Assembly: GCA_951406725.2 (NCBI GenBank) | Contig: OX597816.1 | Location: 95,480,001-95,544,000 of the forward strand | From: Octopus vulgaris | Taxonomy: Eukaryota | Direction: 5' to 3' | Length of the DNA: 64,000 nt | Shown: positions 28,853 to 42,017 of the stretch, one piece after another | Position numbering within the stretch: position 1 is the stretch's first letter | How the letters are laid out: every line of letters starts with the position of its first letter | The notes under the pieces: generated by a model | Database searches by the model: none | Seen by the model: only the letters and a program-made list of their open reading frames with translations | What the model was told of the DNA's origin: nothing | Translations under genes and position numbers: made by a program

Positions 28853-29085
28853 TAGGGAGGCGAGCTGGCAGAATTGTTAGCACGCCGGGCGAAATGCTTA
28901 GTAGTATTTCGTCTGCAGTTACCTTCTTAGTTCAAGTTCCGCCGAGGTTGACTTTACCTTTCATCCTTTCGGGGTCGATTAAATAAGTACCAGTTACGCA
29001 ATGGGGTCGATGTAATTGATTTAATCCCTTTGTCCTTGTTTGTCCCCTCTATGTTTAGCCACCCCCTGTGAGCAATAAAGAAATA
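28853..29085 (+). mobile_element. SINE family B variant with Tx1-like 3' tail
   Basis: Family B head and core; tail tgtccttgtttgtcccctctatgtttagcc...ctgtgagcaataaagaaat; perfect 16-bp TSD aatatctaacagccaa (28837-28852, 29086-29101). Confidence 0.93.
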
Positions 29086-29104
29086 AATATCTAACAGCCA
29101 AATG

Positions 29105-29450
29105 CGCAGAGGCATTTTCTGTTGCCGCTGAACCAAACAGGGCTATACTTGAGCTCCTGTACTTTTTCCATATTTTCTAAATTCTTTCCGATTCAACATT
29201 TACGGATTACATTGAAGGCGTTAAATTTCAGTTTCGCACAGAAGTAGGAACGTCTACTATACCTAAAAGGGCAAAGTTTCAGATCAAAGAAAAAGACAAA
29301 GGAAGAAATTCTATCTGATTTTCTGCTTGCTGATGATTCCGCTTTGATTTCTCATACGTTTGAGAGAATTCAGGAAACAGTTGCTGCAGCATCTCGTGCA
29401 TTTGGATCGATATCAGCAACCAGAAGACTGAAGTTTTACTTCAACCGGTC
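29105..29450 (+). mobile_element. RTE-clade LINE RT fossil
   Basis: KQG...APVLF, GVKFQFRT, DFLLADDSALISH, and KTEVLLQP motifs. Confidence 0.75.
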
Positions 29451-29727
29451 ATTGTACGTTGACTGTGTTACCATAAGTGACTATCTCTCTTATTAGCTGG
29501 CAGTGCACCTTGTCCAGTTTCTGTGACTAAAAATGAGATAACCACTCCGAAATGATTGCATCTCATAGTCTGCGTAGGTGGCGCTGCGAGCTGATGTTGG
29601 TGTATATACACCATTTGTCTAGAGCGAGAAATTTTATTCTTGACAAAATACAGTGAATGTATTTCTTACGGGTTCGAATGTGCTTGCATCAAACATATTT
29701 GAACTGGTAATAACCTTGCACATAGAT

Positions 29728-29801
<74 letters not shown>

Positions 29802-30599
29802 GAAACAGATTTGCGATTAATTTCTATTACATTAAACTGCCATATTCTGATAGATTATTGGCATTGGGAGAGATTAGCACCGGCGTAAATAAGTAGATCA
29901 TCGTTACACGTCCTTACATAGACTAAACCATTAAAATAATTATAGGTGCAAATCCAGTTGAGATTTTGGATCTTCTCATTTTAGTCATTTTAAAACATTA
30001 ATTGTGCTGCATAACTCACGAATATATAAAAGAAATATCTTCTTCAGTCTTGTCATACTGGATCATTTCTTTAACTTTACATGATAAAACGCCTGTATAA
30101 ACAAACACATTCACGCTTACATATAAGCTTGGAGAATACTATGCACTTACACATACAGAGTTACGTTCATTTTGATAACACTGCAAAACCTAAAAACCTC
30201 ACACAATATACACTGGCATAGTATTACATTACGAAAGCACTTGGTGCATATTGGTTTTGTTTTTTCATTTCTCTGTGGGATGTAGGCAACACTGGTCTTC
30301 CTATTAGCCGCATTATTTTTATGAAGGCATCAAAAATCTTTCTCATTATCTCCGATCACAACCAACAATGATGTGTTTGTATTTTATTTTCTTCAATGAA
30401 TTTAATACTATTAAAGATTTACATCTTTCAACGCAGAAAACAGAAAATGCGCATATATTTTTGCAAAGTGATTTGAAGTTTATTGTCCGGAAAACCTCGA
30501 ACTATTCATTGAAAGAGATTATTGATATGCACTGTAAGTTAGATTTTGTTTCAAGCTTCCTAATGTGGTAAATCTGCTAAAGAAATAATAACGGAATCA

Positions 30600-31235
30600 T
30601 TTTATGCATGACACAACTTTAAGGCTGTTGCTCTAGCTATTATTACCTCAGTAATCTTATTGATATTGCGTAATTTCACAGGATAACCGAGTGCAATACC
30701 CCGTGCCTTGCGCACATATATTGCGCTTTTTTTTCTTTTCCTAACTTTGTATTACAGAAAGTATAATGCATGAGCTGTTGCTAGCTGTGGTGTTTTCTGT
30801 TTGTAGTTAATATGTGTAAATTTCGGTAGTATTTTTCAACGTCACTTTATATCGTTTCTAAACCACCTATTACAACAAATGAGAATTCCTTCTTTTCAGA
30901 TTACATATTTTAAAGTTTTTAGGCTTAAACATATTGATAGGCCATCCTATTTTTCATGAATTTATTGTTGATTGCTAGAAATAACATACTTTAATATTTC
31001 TATTGGTGTCTCATGTTTATCGTTTTAGGGAGAAAGTGAGTTTTGTACAGCGAAGTATATCCGTGTCATATTAGCTTCCGCTACTTTCATGCCTGTGGTC
31101 TCAAGTTTCTCATCATCATATTCACGGCTGAATCAGAATTCCATTTCATTGGAAAATGCACTTGGGCTTTGGTATGTGAAATTTTCCGTTTTCTTCCATG
31201 CTTGATTGTTTCCTTCAAATATATACGCAGTGGTC

Positions 31236-31237
<2 letters not shown>
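30600..31237 (-). mobile_element. Possible R4/Dong-clade LINE RT remnant abutting (TAT)n
   Basis: SAFSNEMEF resembles FSxDIGMEFG; very decayed. Confidence 0.35.
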
Positions 31238-31312
<75 letters not shown>

Positions 31313-31323
31313 CATTATTATTA
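31238..31323. repeat. (TAT)n microsatellite
   Basis: Direct reading. Confidence 0.97.
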
Positions 31324-31405
31324 TCTATATGCTACGTATGTTTTGAGTGGTTATTTGTCTGCATATTTCTCTAATAAGCTAAGCAGTTAAATTTATACTA
31401 TATTA

Positions 31406-32412
31406 TTGGGTTGACAAGAAAGTAATTTCGTTTTTTGCAAATAGATATAGTTACGGTGTTTTTGAATGACTTTTGTCAATGTTATGATTTTTTTCCTTTT
31501 GACATTTGACAGCCGTTACTGTTAGCTTACTTTAGAAGCAAATTGCGCGTAATTTTGATTATCGCTGTTAGTTCATTGTCAGATTTAACATGTAGTACAA
31601 AGACAAACATTTTTGCAATATTTTGCTTTTTTATTTTCGTAAAATCAAGAAAGCTACTGAGGCTCTCTAAGAGATATGTGAAGTTTATGGTGTTGATTAC
31701 TTAACAGAACGCACATGACAGAAATGACTTTAAAAATTCCGTTCTTGAGATTTTTCACTCAAAGAGGACCAACGTTCAGTAGGACCTACTGAAGTTGATG
31801 ATTACCGAATCAAAGCTATAACTGAATCTGATTGTCATATAACTGTGCGAGAGATTTCAGAGAGGTTAAATGTATCACACACAACAATTGAAAATCACTT
31901 GAAATGTTTTGGACTCGTTAAGAAGCTCAATATTTGGGTTCCACATAAATTGTAAGAGATTCCCTTAACACGATGAATCAATATTTGCGATATGCATCTC
32001 AAACGCATTGAAATTGCCCTTTTTTTGAAACGCATCATCACTGGTGATATAAAATGGATTGTCAACAATAGCATCAATCGAAATCAATCATGGTCCAAAC
32101 GTAATGAACAAGCAGAAACCATATCGAAGGCTGAAAGCATCAAAAAAAGGTCAAGCTGTTAATTTGGTGGGATTACAAAGGTGCTGTGTATTTTGAGATG
32201 ATTTCAAGGAACCAAATAATCAATTCGGATGTTTACTGTCAACAATTAATAAAACTGGAGGAAGCAATAAAAAAAAACGGCCAAAATTGGTAAGTCGTAA
32301 AGGAATTGTGTCCCACCATAACAATGCTAGACAACATACGTATTTTGCTAACTCGTGAAAAATTACTGGAGCTTGGTTGGAAGTGATGTTACATCCACCA
32401 TATAGCCCTGAT
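31406..32412 (+). mobile_element. Mariner transposon (mellifera-like), 3'-truncated at a SINE
   Basis: TA followed by left TIR-like ttgggttgacaagaaagtaatttcg. Decayed transposase from 31590: ILLFYFRK, WVPHKL, FLKRIITGD.KWIV, HHNNARQH, LHPPYSPD. Right TIR is missing. Confidence 0.9.
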
Positions 32413-33085
32413 CCACTATGTTATGGGGACGTAAACACACAAACATCAGTTGTCAAATGATGGTGGGGCCACAAACATGGACACAAAGACACACAGACGT
32501 AAATATATACACATATACGACGAGCTTCTTTCACTTTCTCTATACAAAATCCACTCATAAGGCTTTGGACTGCCCGAAGACATAGTAGAAGACACTTGCC
32601 CAAGGTGCCACGCAGTAGGACTGAACCCGCAACCATGTGGTTGGGAAGCAAGCCCCTTACCACACAGTCAAACTTGCCCCAATATATATATTCTTTTATT
32701 CTTTTACTTGTTTCAGTCGTTTGGCTGAGGCCATGCTAGAACACCACCTTTAGTCGAACAAATCGACACCGGGACTTATTCTCTGCAAGCCTAATACTTA
32801 TTCTATCGATCTCCATTTGCTGAACCGCTACGTGACGGTGACGTAAACACATCAACATCGGTTGTCAAGCGATGGTGGGTGAACAAACACAGACACAAAT
32901 AAACACACAAATATATATACATACGACGTGTTTCTTTCAGTTTCCGTCAACCAAATCTACTCACAAGGCTCTGGGCGGCACGAGGCTATAGTATAAGACA
33001 CTAGCTCAAGGTCCTAAGCAGTGTGACTGAACCCGGAAACATGTAGTTTGGAAGCAAGCTTCTTGTCACTCAGCCACTCCTGCGC
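32413..33085 (-). mobile_element. Two head-to-tail SINE family A copies (32413-32680 partial; 32692-33085)
   Basis: Both match the family A head and body. Confidence 0.9.
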
Positions 33086-33141
33086 ATAGGTATATACAAA
33101 ACAAAGATATCCATTCTTGTATAATATGTATATAAGCGTTT

Positions 33142-33142
<1 letters not shown>

Positions 33143-33218
<76 letters not shown>

Positions 33219-33468
33219 CATATATAAGCACACATGTATACACATATGACCATGGATTTATTTCAATTTATTTCACTTTCGTATATTCTATTTTATTTAC
33301 TTTATTTCATTTTTGCTCAAATATACATTAATCTATAAAGAAGCAATTTAGAAAGGAACATATATAGCAATACACATGCATATTGCTGTAGAAATTATTG
33401 ACATACATACTAGTTGCGTGTGTGTATATATATATATACACTGACACACACACACACACACACATATA

Positions 33469-33527
<59 letters not shown>

Positions 33528-33548
33528 ATGTGTGTATGCGTGCTTGCG

Positions 33549-33600
<52 letters not shown>

Positions 33601-33625
33601 TATACGTAAGCACATACGCACACGC
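33143..33625. repeat. (CA)/(TA)/(TG) microsatellite cluster
   Basis: Direct reading. Confidence 0.9.
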
Positions 33626-34311
33626 GTCTATAAATATGAGTATAAATTACGTTTCACGTTCATTCTTTTTCATAAACATAAATTTTATTTCACTTTCCCT
33701 TCCTTTTATTCATTATATTACTTTGCTTTAAATATACTATAAGCCATTATTCATGATTATATTTTATTGTTATTATTGAATCAAAATAAAAGTAATAATT
33801 TCAATGCATGCGTGCACACACACACACGCATATATATACATATATAATAAACATGTGTATATATTCAGAGTGATACAAACATTCCTCAATGTAATCCTTT
33901 GTACATATTGATGATTTTCTATACAAGGTATTTAAAAGGGTAATTATATATTCATGTATGTTTCGTAATTTTAATTTTGTTTGTGAAATGAAACAGTTGT
34001 AGGTGAATATATTAAGTAATTCATAAATTAATTTGTATCCATTAGATCTCTGCTTTCTAATTCTGTAAGAATGTTTGATATTTTACGATATTTTATATAA
34101 TATATTTATTGAAGAAATATCTCTTCAAAATACAATACAATATATTAAACCAATGTATCTTGGTTAAAATATCCCTATAAGAGGTCTAAGTATCATAATA
34201 GTGACTACATATATATATAGTTGCCCTTGAAGGGGTCCATATAAGGTTTAGTTGTAATAAATTGTGTGCAGTAAATCTATTTTACTTCTACAATGCAGTA
34301 AATATTTTATA

Positions 34312-34667
34312 GGCGTAGGAGCGGCTGTGTGGTAAGTAGCTTGCTTACGAACCACATGGTTACGGGTTCAGTCCCATTGCGTAGCACCTTGAGCAAGTGT
34401 CTTCTACTATAGCCTCGGGCCGACCAAAGCCTTGTGAGTGGATTTGGTAGACGGAAACTGATAGAAGCCCGTCGAATATATGTGTGTATGTGTGTGTATA
34501 TGTTTGTGTATCTCTGTTTGTGCCTCCAACATCACTTGACAACCGATGGTGGTGTGTTTACGTCCCCGTAACTTAGCGGTTCGGCAAAAGAGACCGATAG
34601 AATAAGTACTAGGCTTACAAGGAATAAGTCCTGGGGTCGATATGACTGAAACAAGTACAAGAGTAAA

Positions 34668-34670
<3 letters not shown>
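34312..34670 (+). mobile_element. tRNA-derived SINE, family A
   Basis: ggcgtaggagcggctgtgtggtaag...cgggttcagtccc head; body gcaagtgtcttctactatagcctcgggccgaccaaagcc; tail tgactgaaacaagt..aaaaga. Confidence 0.93.
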
Positions 34671-34723
<53 letters not shown>

Positions 34724-34733
<10 letters not shown>

Positions 34734-34816
34734 TTTTCAGAACGAGATAAAAAAAAAACCAAGGCTCTGAAGAGCCTTGGTCTTTTATCTCATTCTAAAA
34801 TGAAAAAAAATTATAT
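34724..34816. repeat. ~95-bp imperfect palindrome adjoining (TA)n
   Basis: Core accaaggctct-ga-agagccttggt; outer arms agaacgagataaaa/ttttatctcattct and tataatttttttt/aaaaaaaattata. Confidence 0.85.
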
Positions 34817-36987
34817 ATACACACGCTGATATATGACCTAAGTTGGTCTACGGACATATATATTTAAAGATCTATGGACAATTTTTTTACATATGCTGGT
34901 CACTGCTATAAGCTATCTTTAATAATTTTTACCATTTATATATAATGGAGAAATTATACAAAATGAATAAATGGGGCACCTCTTTGAAGAAAACCACAAA
35001 ATCAAAAGACACGCATACACAGATGTATATATATACGTGTGTGTGTGCGTGCGTGGGTGCATGAGTCTGTGTGTATATGCATGGACATATATGTATACAT
35101 AAACGCGTATATATATGTACATATATACCTGAAATTATATACATGTGTATGTGTCTCATGTGTGTTTGATCTATTGCATTAATATGGATCTTATCGTGTT
35201 AAGCAACATTTTCTATAGGGATAAACTTTATATTGTAGCTATCACAAGAACTGTAATGTTGTTTAACGAGAAATTTATCAGTTTCCTCAGTGCACAATGT
35301 ATCATCAGTTCAATAAACATGATGTGCTAGGGAGAAACAAGATATATTAGGATTTTTGATGAAAGATTTATTAATTTTCCCCGTACTGATATATAATAAG
35401 AGAGCAGGGTTTCGAGGAAAAGTCTAGCCGACTTAGAATATGTAATTTTGAGATGATCAATATCTCCATTGGAATTTTTGCAGACATAGTTCTCAACTAT
35501 CAAACACGGAGCTATTCGCAAGTAGTTGACAGTCCCTGGATGTACTGAGAGAAAGACACATCTGCATCTTAGCTCCGTTCACAACGTGTAAGGATTCGGT
35601 GGTTTGCATAAAATATATTCTATTTCAACTGAAAATATTCATTTTGGAGTTTTGTTTTGTATAATAGAGGAGATACAATTTTCAATTGTGCAAAACAAAT
35701 GTTATTTGCTCAATCACATAGAAGCAATACTGTGTCTTCTATGCTGTAATCTTTTGTCTTATTTGTGTTACTTTTCGGCATCACTTCAGTGCAATTTTTG
35801 CTGATTGCGAACATGGTGGCGTGTACATATCTGTTTATATCTAACAATGTGACAGTGTTTAATGAAAGGGATTCAAAATGTACTTATGGTATCACATTTA
35901 CTAACACAGGCATTCTAAATTGGATACAATCGGAAGCTACAATTTGACTTCAGTCAATAAGGAAATCCATGAGTCTAGAGCCAAAAATTCTTGTCAAACT
36001 TCCTTATGTTGTGAGTGAAAATTCCGTTGATGTCAATTCGTAGAATAAGCATCAACTTTTGATCTAATATATCGCTCGCTTTAGCCCGACCATTATTATG
36101 CAAGTGATGGTCATTATAGTGCAATTATCCTGAACAGATTTCATGTGTACAAAGAGCTCGATATCTTAATGCCTTGCTCCCTAGTGCAATAAACCATGAC
36201 TTGTGGTTTTTTCCTCAAATTTTCAGGTGTTCAACAATAGACTTGAACGCAAGCCATTCTATTATGAGCCATAAGATAACTAATCCTGTTCTAACTTATT
36301 GGCATTTAAGAACACTATATTATTGAAGCATGGGGATTAAAAAAATATATATACTAGGCTTTATTCAAATGTTTCTGTTATAATTTATAAGCGTTTGACT
36401 ACCGAAACATTTGGAGCATAACGTTAAGTTATATGATTTTGCAGTTTCTTTGCTTGATGACAATTTGCAGACTCAGTGTTTATTTTTGCATCAATTGTAT
36501 GCATATGAATATTTATTCATCAGATCTTGTAGGTGATGTTTTTAACAATCGACACTCTTAGAATCTAAAACAGCATATGAGCGTAAAAGAACTGGAAAAT
36601 GAAATGAGTAAATGAAATCTCGCAAAACAGAGTTTGTTAGTGAATGATTTATTATTGCATTCCTAAAACATATACCGTGCAAGTGCAAAGAGCCGATGCA
36701 ATATTTATAATATAATTAAGGCGGCGAGTTGGCAGAAACGTAAGCACGCGAAATGCTTAGCGTTATCTTGTCTTGATTGTCGTGCGCTGACGACCGGTAA
36801 ATACCCAGAAACCCGTTCGTTCGTATCATGTCAGGTCGACGATGGGAAGGATGGCTTCCCTTTGCAAATACTGATAGGGCACAGAAAGTGTGTCAATAGC
36901 CAGCTGGAGAAGATGTTCTCCTGGGGCTACAAGCTACAATAGCATCCACCCTTAGTGGTTAGCCACATTTAAACGGTAAATATACTT

Positions 36988-37023
<36 letters not shown>

Positions 37024-37054
37024 CACACACACACCAACGAGTCTGAATCACACA

Positions 37055-37093
<39 letters not shown>

Positions 37094-37240
37094 CCTGCTC
37101 GCTTACCCAGCGGGATGGCGTCATTCGAAGGCTAAAACAATGCGAACGCATTGTGACCAGCGATGTGTAGCAACATCTGATGGTCTGGTCGGTCATGTGA
37201 TCATGTGATATATATATATATAAATATATATGACTAGCCT

Positions 37241-37716
37241 GTTAAAAAAACACCTTCATTGCTAGGAATAAGAGCTAAAATGCTCTAATGCTTTAGTTAG
37301 CGGACATGAATGAAAACATATGCTAACAGGGACCATAATTGTCCGAAAAAAACGACCGAGAATTCTTTAGATTGATGCGTCAGTGTTCGCAATTTTCGTT
37401 GCCAGCTCGGTGTTTGACTATTCCCGGACCTGGTTCTTTATTAGCATATATGTTTTCGTCATCCAAATTACTGGATGATTTAGCCATTCGCTAATGTGTA
37501 TACACAAAATTAATGCAGGTTGCAATATTTCACCAAAAGGGAGAATTATAATTGTCACTAAATGTAATTAGGATGTTAAAAAAACCCACCTTCATTGCTA
37601 GAGATAAGAGTTAAAAAGCTTTAATATTGTAGTTAACACACATGAATGGAAACATATACACCGAAAATCACCGGCCGTCAATTCTTAATACTGACGCGTC
37701 AGTTTCCGCAATTTGC
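37241..37716. repeat. Diverged direct repeat (37241-37396 / 37575-37716) with an internal inverted repeat
   Basis: Shared gttaaaaaaa..caccttcattgctag..ataagag.taaaa...catgaatg.aaacata...tga.gcgtcagt...cgcaattt. Confidence 0.8.
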
Positions 37717-37719
37717 ATA

Positions 37720-38747
37720 TATATATCTTAATTTGGCAAAGACCAACATCTTAGAAATAAGGAAAACAAACAAATCACAATTACCTTGAGGGAGATGGCG
37801 CCGCTGGATATCTAGAAAAAACGTGGGTAGAATTAGCATAAGGTGTACTCGATGCAATGTATTGTCTCGTAAGAGGTGCAACAATATCAGAGGAAGGTTA
37901 ACAGAGAAAGTAGTCTTCCAGTGTGCCAGATATAAAGGTGCAACATATACTAGAAATGTACAGAAAATGTATTTCATCAAATGCTAGTGGGATACTTAGT
38001 AGTAGTAGCTGGCTTACGTTATCTGGGTGATCAAGTCAACGGTGGAGATGGATTCTTTGAGAGCGTAAATGTTGGAATAAGAATAAGCTGGGGAAATTTT
38101 AGAGAACCTCTATCTTTGAGCTTCTCCCTACAATGTGCATTTCCTACAATGAAAGGTACATTGTATAATACCTATGTACTAACAACCATGCTACACGGCA
38201 ATGAAACATCTGCTGTGAGTGTACGCGAAAGCTTGAAAGAACAAGTGGAATTAGCATGCTTCGCTGGATGTGCAAAGTAATTCTGAATGTACGACAGAGT
38301 GTAAGCTTCTTCAGAAAAAAATTGGGCATGAGAGGCATTAGATGTGGCGTCCAGGAGAGATGAATGCGTTGGTATGGTCATGTGATGCCTTTGGACGGGG
38401 AAAGCTGTTCTAACTGTGAAAAACTTAAACCCAAGAAGACATGGAATGAGGTGGTGAAGAATGATCTTCGGATGTGGAGGTGAAGACAAGTGATCGGAAC
38501 ATTTGGCGATTTGCTGTGCTTGACAAGACACATTAAGGTAAGTAAAATCTTAGTCGTGGCCAGTACCGGTGATATGCAAAAGACACCCGTGCCAGTGATA
38601 CATTGAAGACCCCCGCTACGCTTCTGAAGAGCATCCAGTTGTAGAAATCAAGCAAAATCATACGAGTGTCTGTTACAGCTCTGCAGGCAAATCGTGTAAC
38701 CTTAGTCAACATGGAAAACGGACGTTAAATGATGATGACGACGATTT
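37720..38747 (+). mobile_element. RTE-clade LINE 3' fragment
   Basis: NLAKTNIL, a Cys-rich insert (GRW...RKNVGRISIRCTRC), LRYLGDQV, MLHGNETSA, W.GHVM; ends gaaaacggacgttaaa followed by (ATG)n. Confidence 0.85.
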
Positions 38748-38790
38748 ATATACACATATATGCGCGTATATATATATATATATATATATG

Positions 38791-39049
38791 AATAATAATA
38801 AATGTGCCCTTTTAAATCTTAGCCAAGCTCATGGGTCCGGTTTCACGGATTCTATGGCGTATGTGTTCCCCAGGTGGACGGGACGCCAGTCCATCGCAGC
38901 GTCACTCATTTTTGTCAGCTGAGTGGATTAGAGCAACGTGAAATGAAGTGTTTGCTCAAGAACACAGCGCGTCGCCCGGTCCAGGAATCGAAACCACAAT
39001 CTTACGATCATGATGCTGGCACCCTAACCACTAAGCCACGCGCTTCCAC
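38791..39049 (-). mobile_element. tRNA-derived SINE, family D
   Basis: Head gtggaagcgcgtggcttagtggttaggg...gtttcgattcc; core shared with family E (gagcaacgtgaaat.aagtgt....ctcaagaacac). Confidence 0.88.
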
Positions 39050-39622
39050 ATATAAATATGAGTATGTATGAATATATCAATATACATGTGTGTGTGTGTG
39101 TATATGTGTATTTATGCCTATATAATCTCATTATTGCGAGAAAATATTCCAGTTTTTGACTGCGACAACTGCAAAGGAGAAATATTCTATTTGCTTCCCA
39201 AGATGAAGGCTCTCGCAACTAGGCTTTCAAATATTTATATGCAAAAGTATTGATTTCTTCTTCATATGCAGAATGGAATCAATTTAAGGGAATGGAAAAT
39301 AGACAATTGAATATCTGGTACTTTCTTTTGTTAAACAAGTGGGTATGGGTCTCAGGGAGTTTTATACCTGAAAATCTATAAAATATTATGTTGCTTCATT
39401 TTTGACAGGACCAAACGGTCTAAATTTAGTGAAAGGATTTAGTGAAGGGAATATTTGGATATTCTCATTTTTATGTCGATCCTATGGTAATTATTGGCTA
39501 ACATAAAGGGAAATGTTTTTCTACGTACGTGGGAGTGAAATAGTTACAGCTTAGGATGTGATCTCTAACTTGCTAAGAGCTAACGTCTTGCTTAAAGTGT
39601 GCATTTTCATGTAATGTATACA

Positions 39623-40887
39623 TCAGGTCATCTCATAAGTTCAGTCCGATTTTACCTTTTTTTAATAGTATTTTAGAATTAAAATTAAAAGATAATTATG
39701 CATTTGTGTACATCTAAACTAATTAAATATTATTTTACAGAATAATAGAATTAAAATTTACCTAATTAAAATCTTTTCTAACATGGAAGTATCCAAAGAG
39801 CATTTAAGGAACATAATACTTTATGAGTACAAAAAAGGAAACTCTGCAGACGAAGCGATTCGAAACATACACGCAGTTTATCGGGAAAATGCTTGAATGA
39901 AAGAAATTGCAGAAGATGGTTTGCAAAATTCATAAGTGGAGATTTCAGCCTTGAAGATGAAGATCGAACAGGAGGTCCAATTGAGTTCGATGATAAGCTC
40001 CTTGAGGTATTAATTGTAGAAAATCCTGCAGTATCAGTCGAAGAATTGGAAATAAAGCTTAGTTCAAACCATACAACTGTTCATCGTCATCTTCAATAAC
40101 TTGAAAAAGTTCCTAGACTTGGAAAATGGGTGCTTCATGAATTGTCCGAAAGCAACCCCAAATCCCGAGTTGACTTCTGCTATTCTCTCCATTCTCACGA
40201 ACTCATTTCACTCTTTTTGGATAGACTTGTGACGGGTGACGAAAAATGGATCATCTATCGAAATGTTAAACGTCATAAACAGTGGCTTGGTAAAAGGGGA
40301 AAAGCTCAACCACAACCAAGAAGGGAACTTCATGGGAAAAAAAGGTTCTCTCTATCTGGTGGGATTGCAAAAGAGTAATTTCACTTTGAATTGTTACCAC
40401 CTAATGCAACAATCAATGCTGAAGTCTACTGTCAGCAATTAGAGCGTTTGAACCAAGCGCTGAAGAAGAAAAAGACCCGCTTTAGTGACTCGAAAAGGAA
40501 TGATGTTTCATCAGGACAATGCGTGGCCCGACACTGCAAAGATCACATCACAGAAGATCGAAGAGCTTGGTTGGGAATAAATTCTTCATCCACCTTATTC
40601 TCCCAACCTTGCTCCTTCAGACTACCATTTGTTTCTTAGTTTATAGAATCATTTGGGGGGACATAATTTTCACAAGTCAAGGGGAGGTCAAAACTGACAT
40701 TTCAGTGTTCTTCGCTTTGAAACCAAAAGACTTTTACATTGATGGTATTAAAAAGCTTGTAAATAGATGGAAGGAAGTCATAGATAATCAGGGAAAGTAC
40801 ATTGATGATTAAATTTCAATTATATATACCATTTGATCACTTGTTTTCTTTATCCAAAATTCGGACACAACTTATGGGATGACCTGA
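39623..40887 (+). mobile_element. Mariner transposon, full-length, inactive
   Basis: TIRs tcaggtcatctcataagttcagtccga and tcggacacaacttatgggatgacctga; TA on the right, CA on the left. Transposase 39783-40812 with WVLHELSE, LVTGDEKWIIY, FHQDNA and HPPYSPNLAPSDYHLF; several frameshifts and stops. Confidence 0.95.
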
Positions 40888-41305
40888 TACACACACACAC
40901 ACGCAAACATATAGCTTATTTTATCCTTAGTACCAATCCTTGCTTTCCTCTCTCACTATCACTCTCTCTCGCTCTACCTCTCTATTTATTTGTTTTTCTT
41001 TCTCTTTACCCCTTAATCGCCAACGTCGACACGTTCGCGTCTATTTTGCAATATTTACACTATTAATCTACACGGATATATACAGAGGATTGCATCTAAA
41101 GTCTGACGGAGCAACATCTACACGATCGGAAATTTGAACTGTGAACTTTTATGCTTCTGTTTTCTTCTCTTTCTTCCTCTCCTTATTCCTTTTCTCCTGT
41201 CCTCTATGTCGTCATTTCATTAATCTATACTCTTCCCATTTTCCCTATTTGTCTCCGATGACGGAATATCCCAGAAGCAGCTGTAAGACTTTGAATTTTT
41301 ACAAT

Positions 41306-41610
41306 GGAGGAGACCCCTTCGGTCATGAATGACCATGGGATTGCACCTAGAAAGTTATCCCCGAAGCACAAATCCGGTTAAGGTTGTTTGTGGAAGCCCA
41401 GCAGTCGCCCAGGCATACCAGCCTCCCCTCTATACACCACTGATGTTATCCAAAGGCAGAGGCCGATACAGCTTGGCATCAGTGATGTCGCAATTCATTT
41501 CTACAGCTGAGTAAACTGGAGCAACGTGAAATAAAGTGTCTTCCTCAAGAACACAACACACAGCCTCACGATCGTAAACTCGACGCTATAACCTCTGAGC
41601 CATGTGCCTT
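41306..41610 (-). mobile_element. SINE family E
   Basis: Core shared with family D but a distinct 3' region (cccatggtcattcatgaccgaagggg). Confidence 0.8.
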
Positions 41611-42017
41611 TCCTAATTTTTCCAATAATAATTACGTATATGATTTGAGATGTTTGTCTCGTCTTAACGTTTGTTGTCCTCTTTAACAATTATATATATA
41701 TAAGTAAACAAAGAGAGAAAGGGGTGGGATAAAGAGATACATACATACATACACACATATCCAAATAGACCACCATATTACATATATTTATCTTTGTCGT
41801 TGTTACCGCTTTTTTCTTGTATGACTTTATGACTAAATAGTTCATCTAAAATGTAACCATAAATCTGGATAGTGGTTTTTCTTGATGCTACAATTCATTA
41901 TGACACTCTCTTCTTGCTGAATGTCAGTTGCCTTCGCCCAGCTTAATTTATAGCATTAAAAAGATTATCATTTATATTGTCCGTTGTGTCGTTTTTTTTT
42001 TATGTAGTATATTATCT

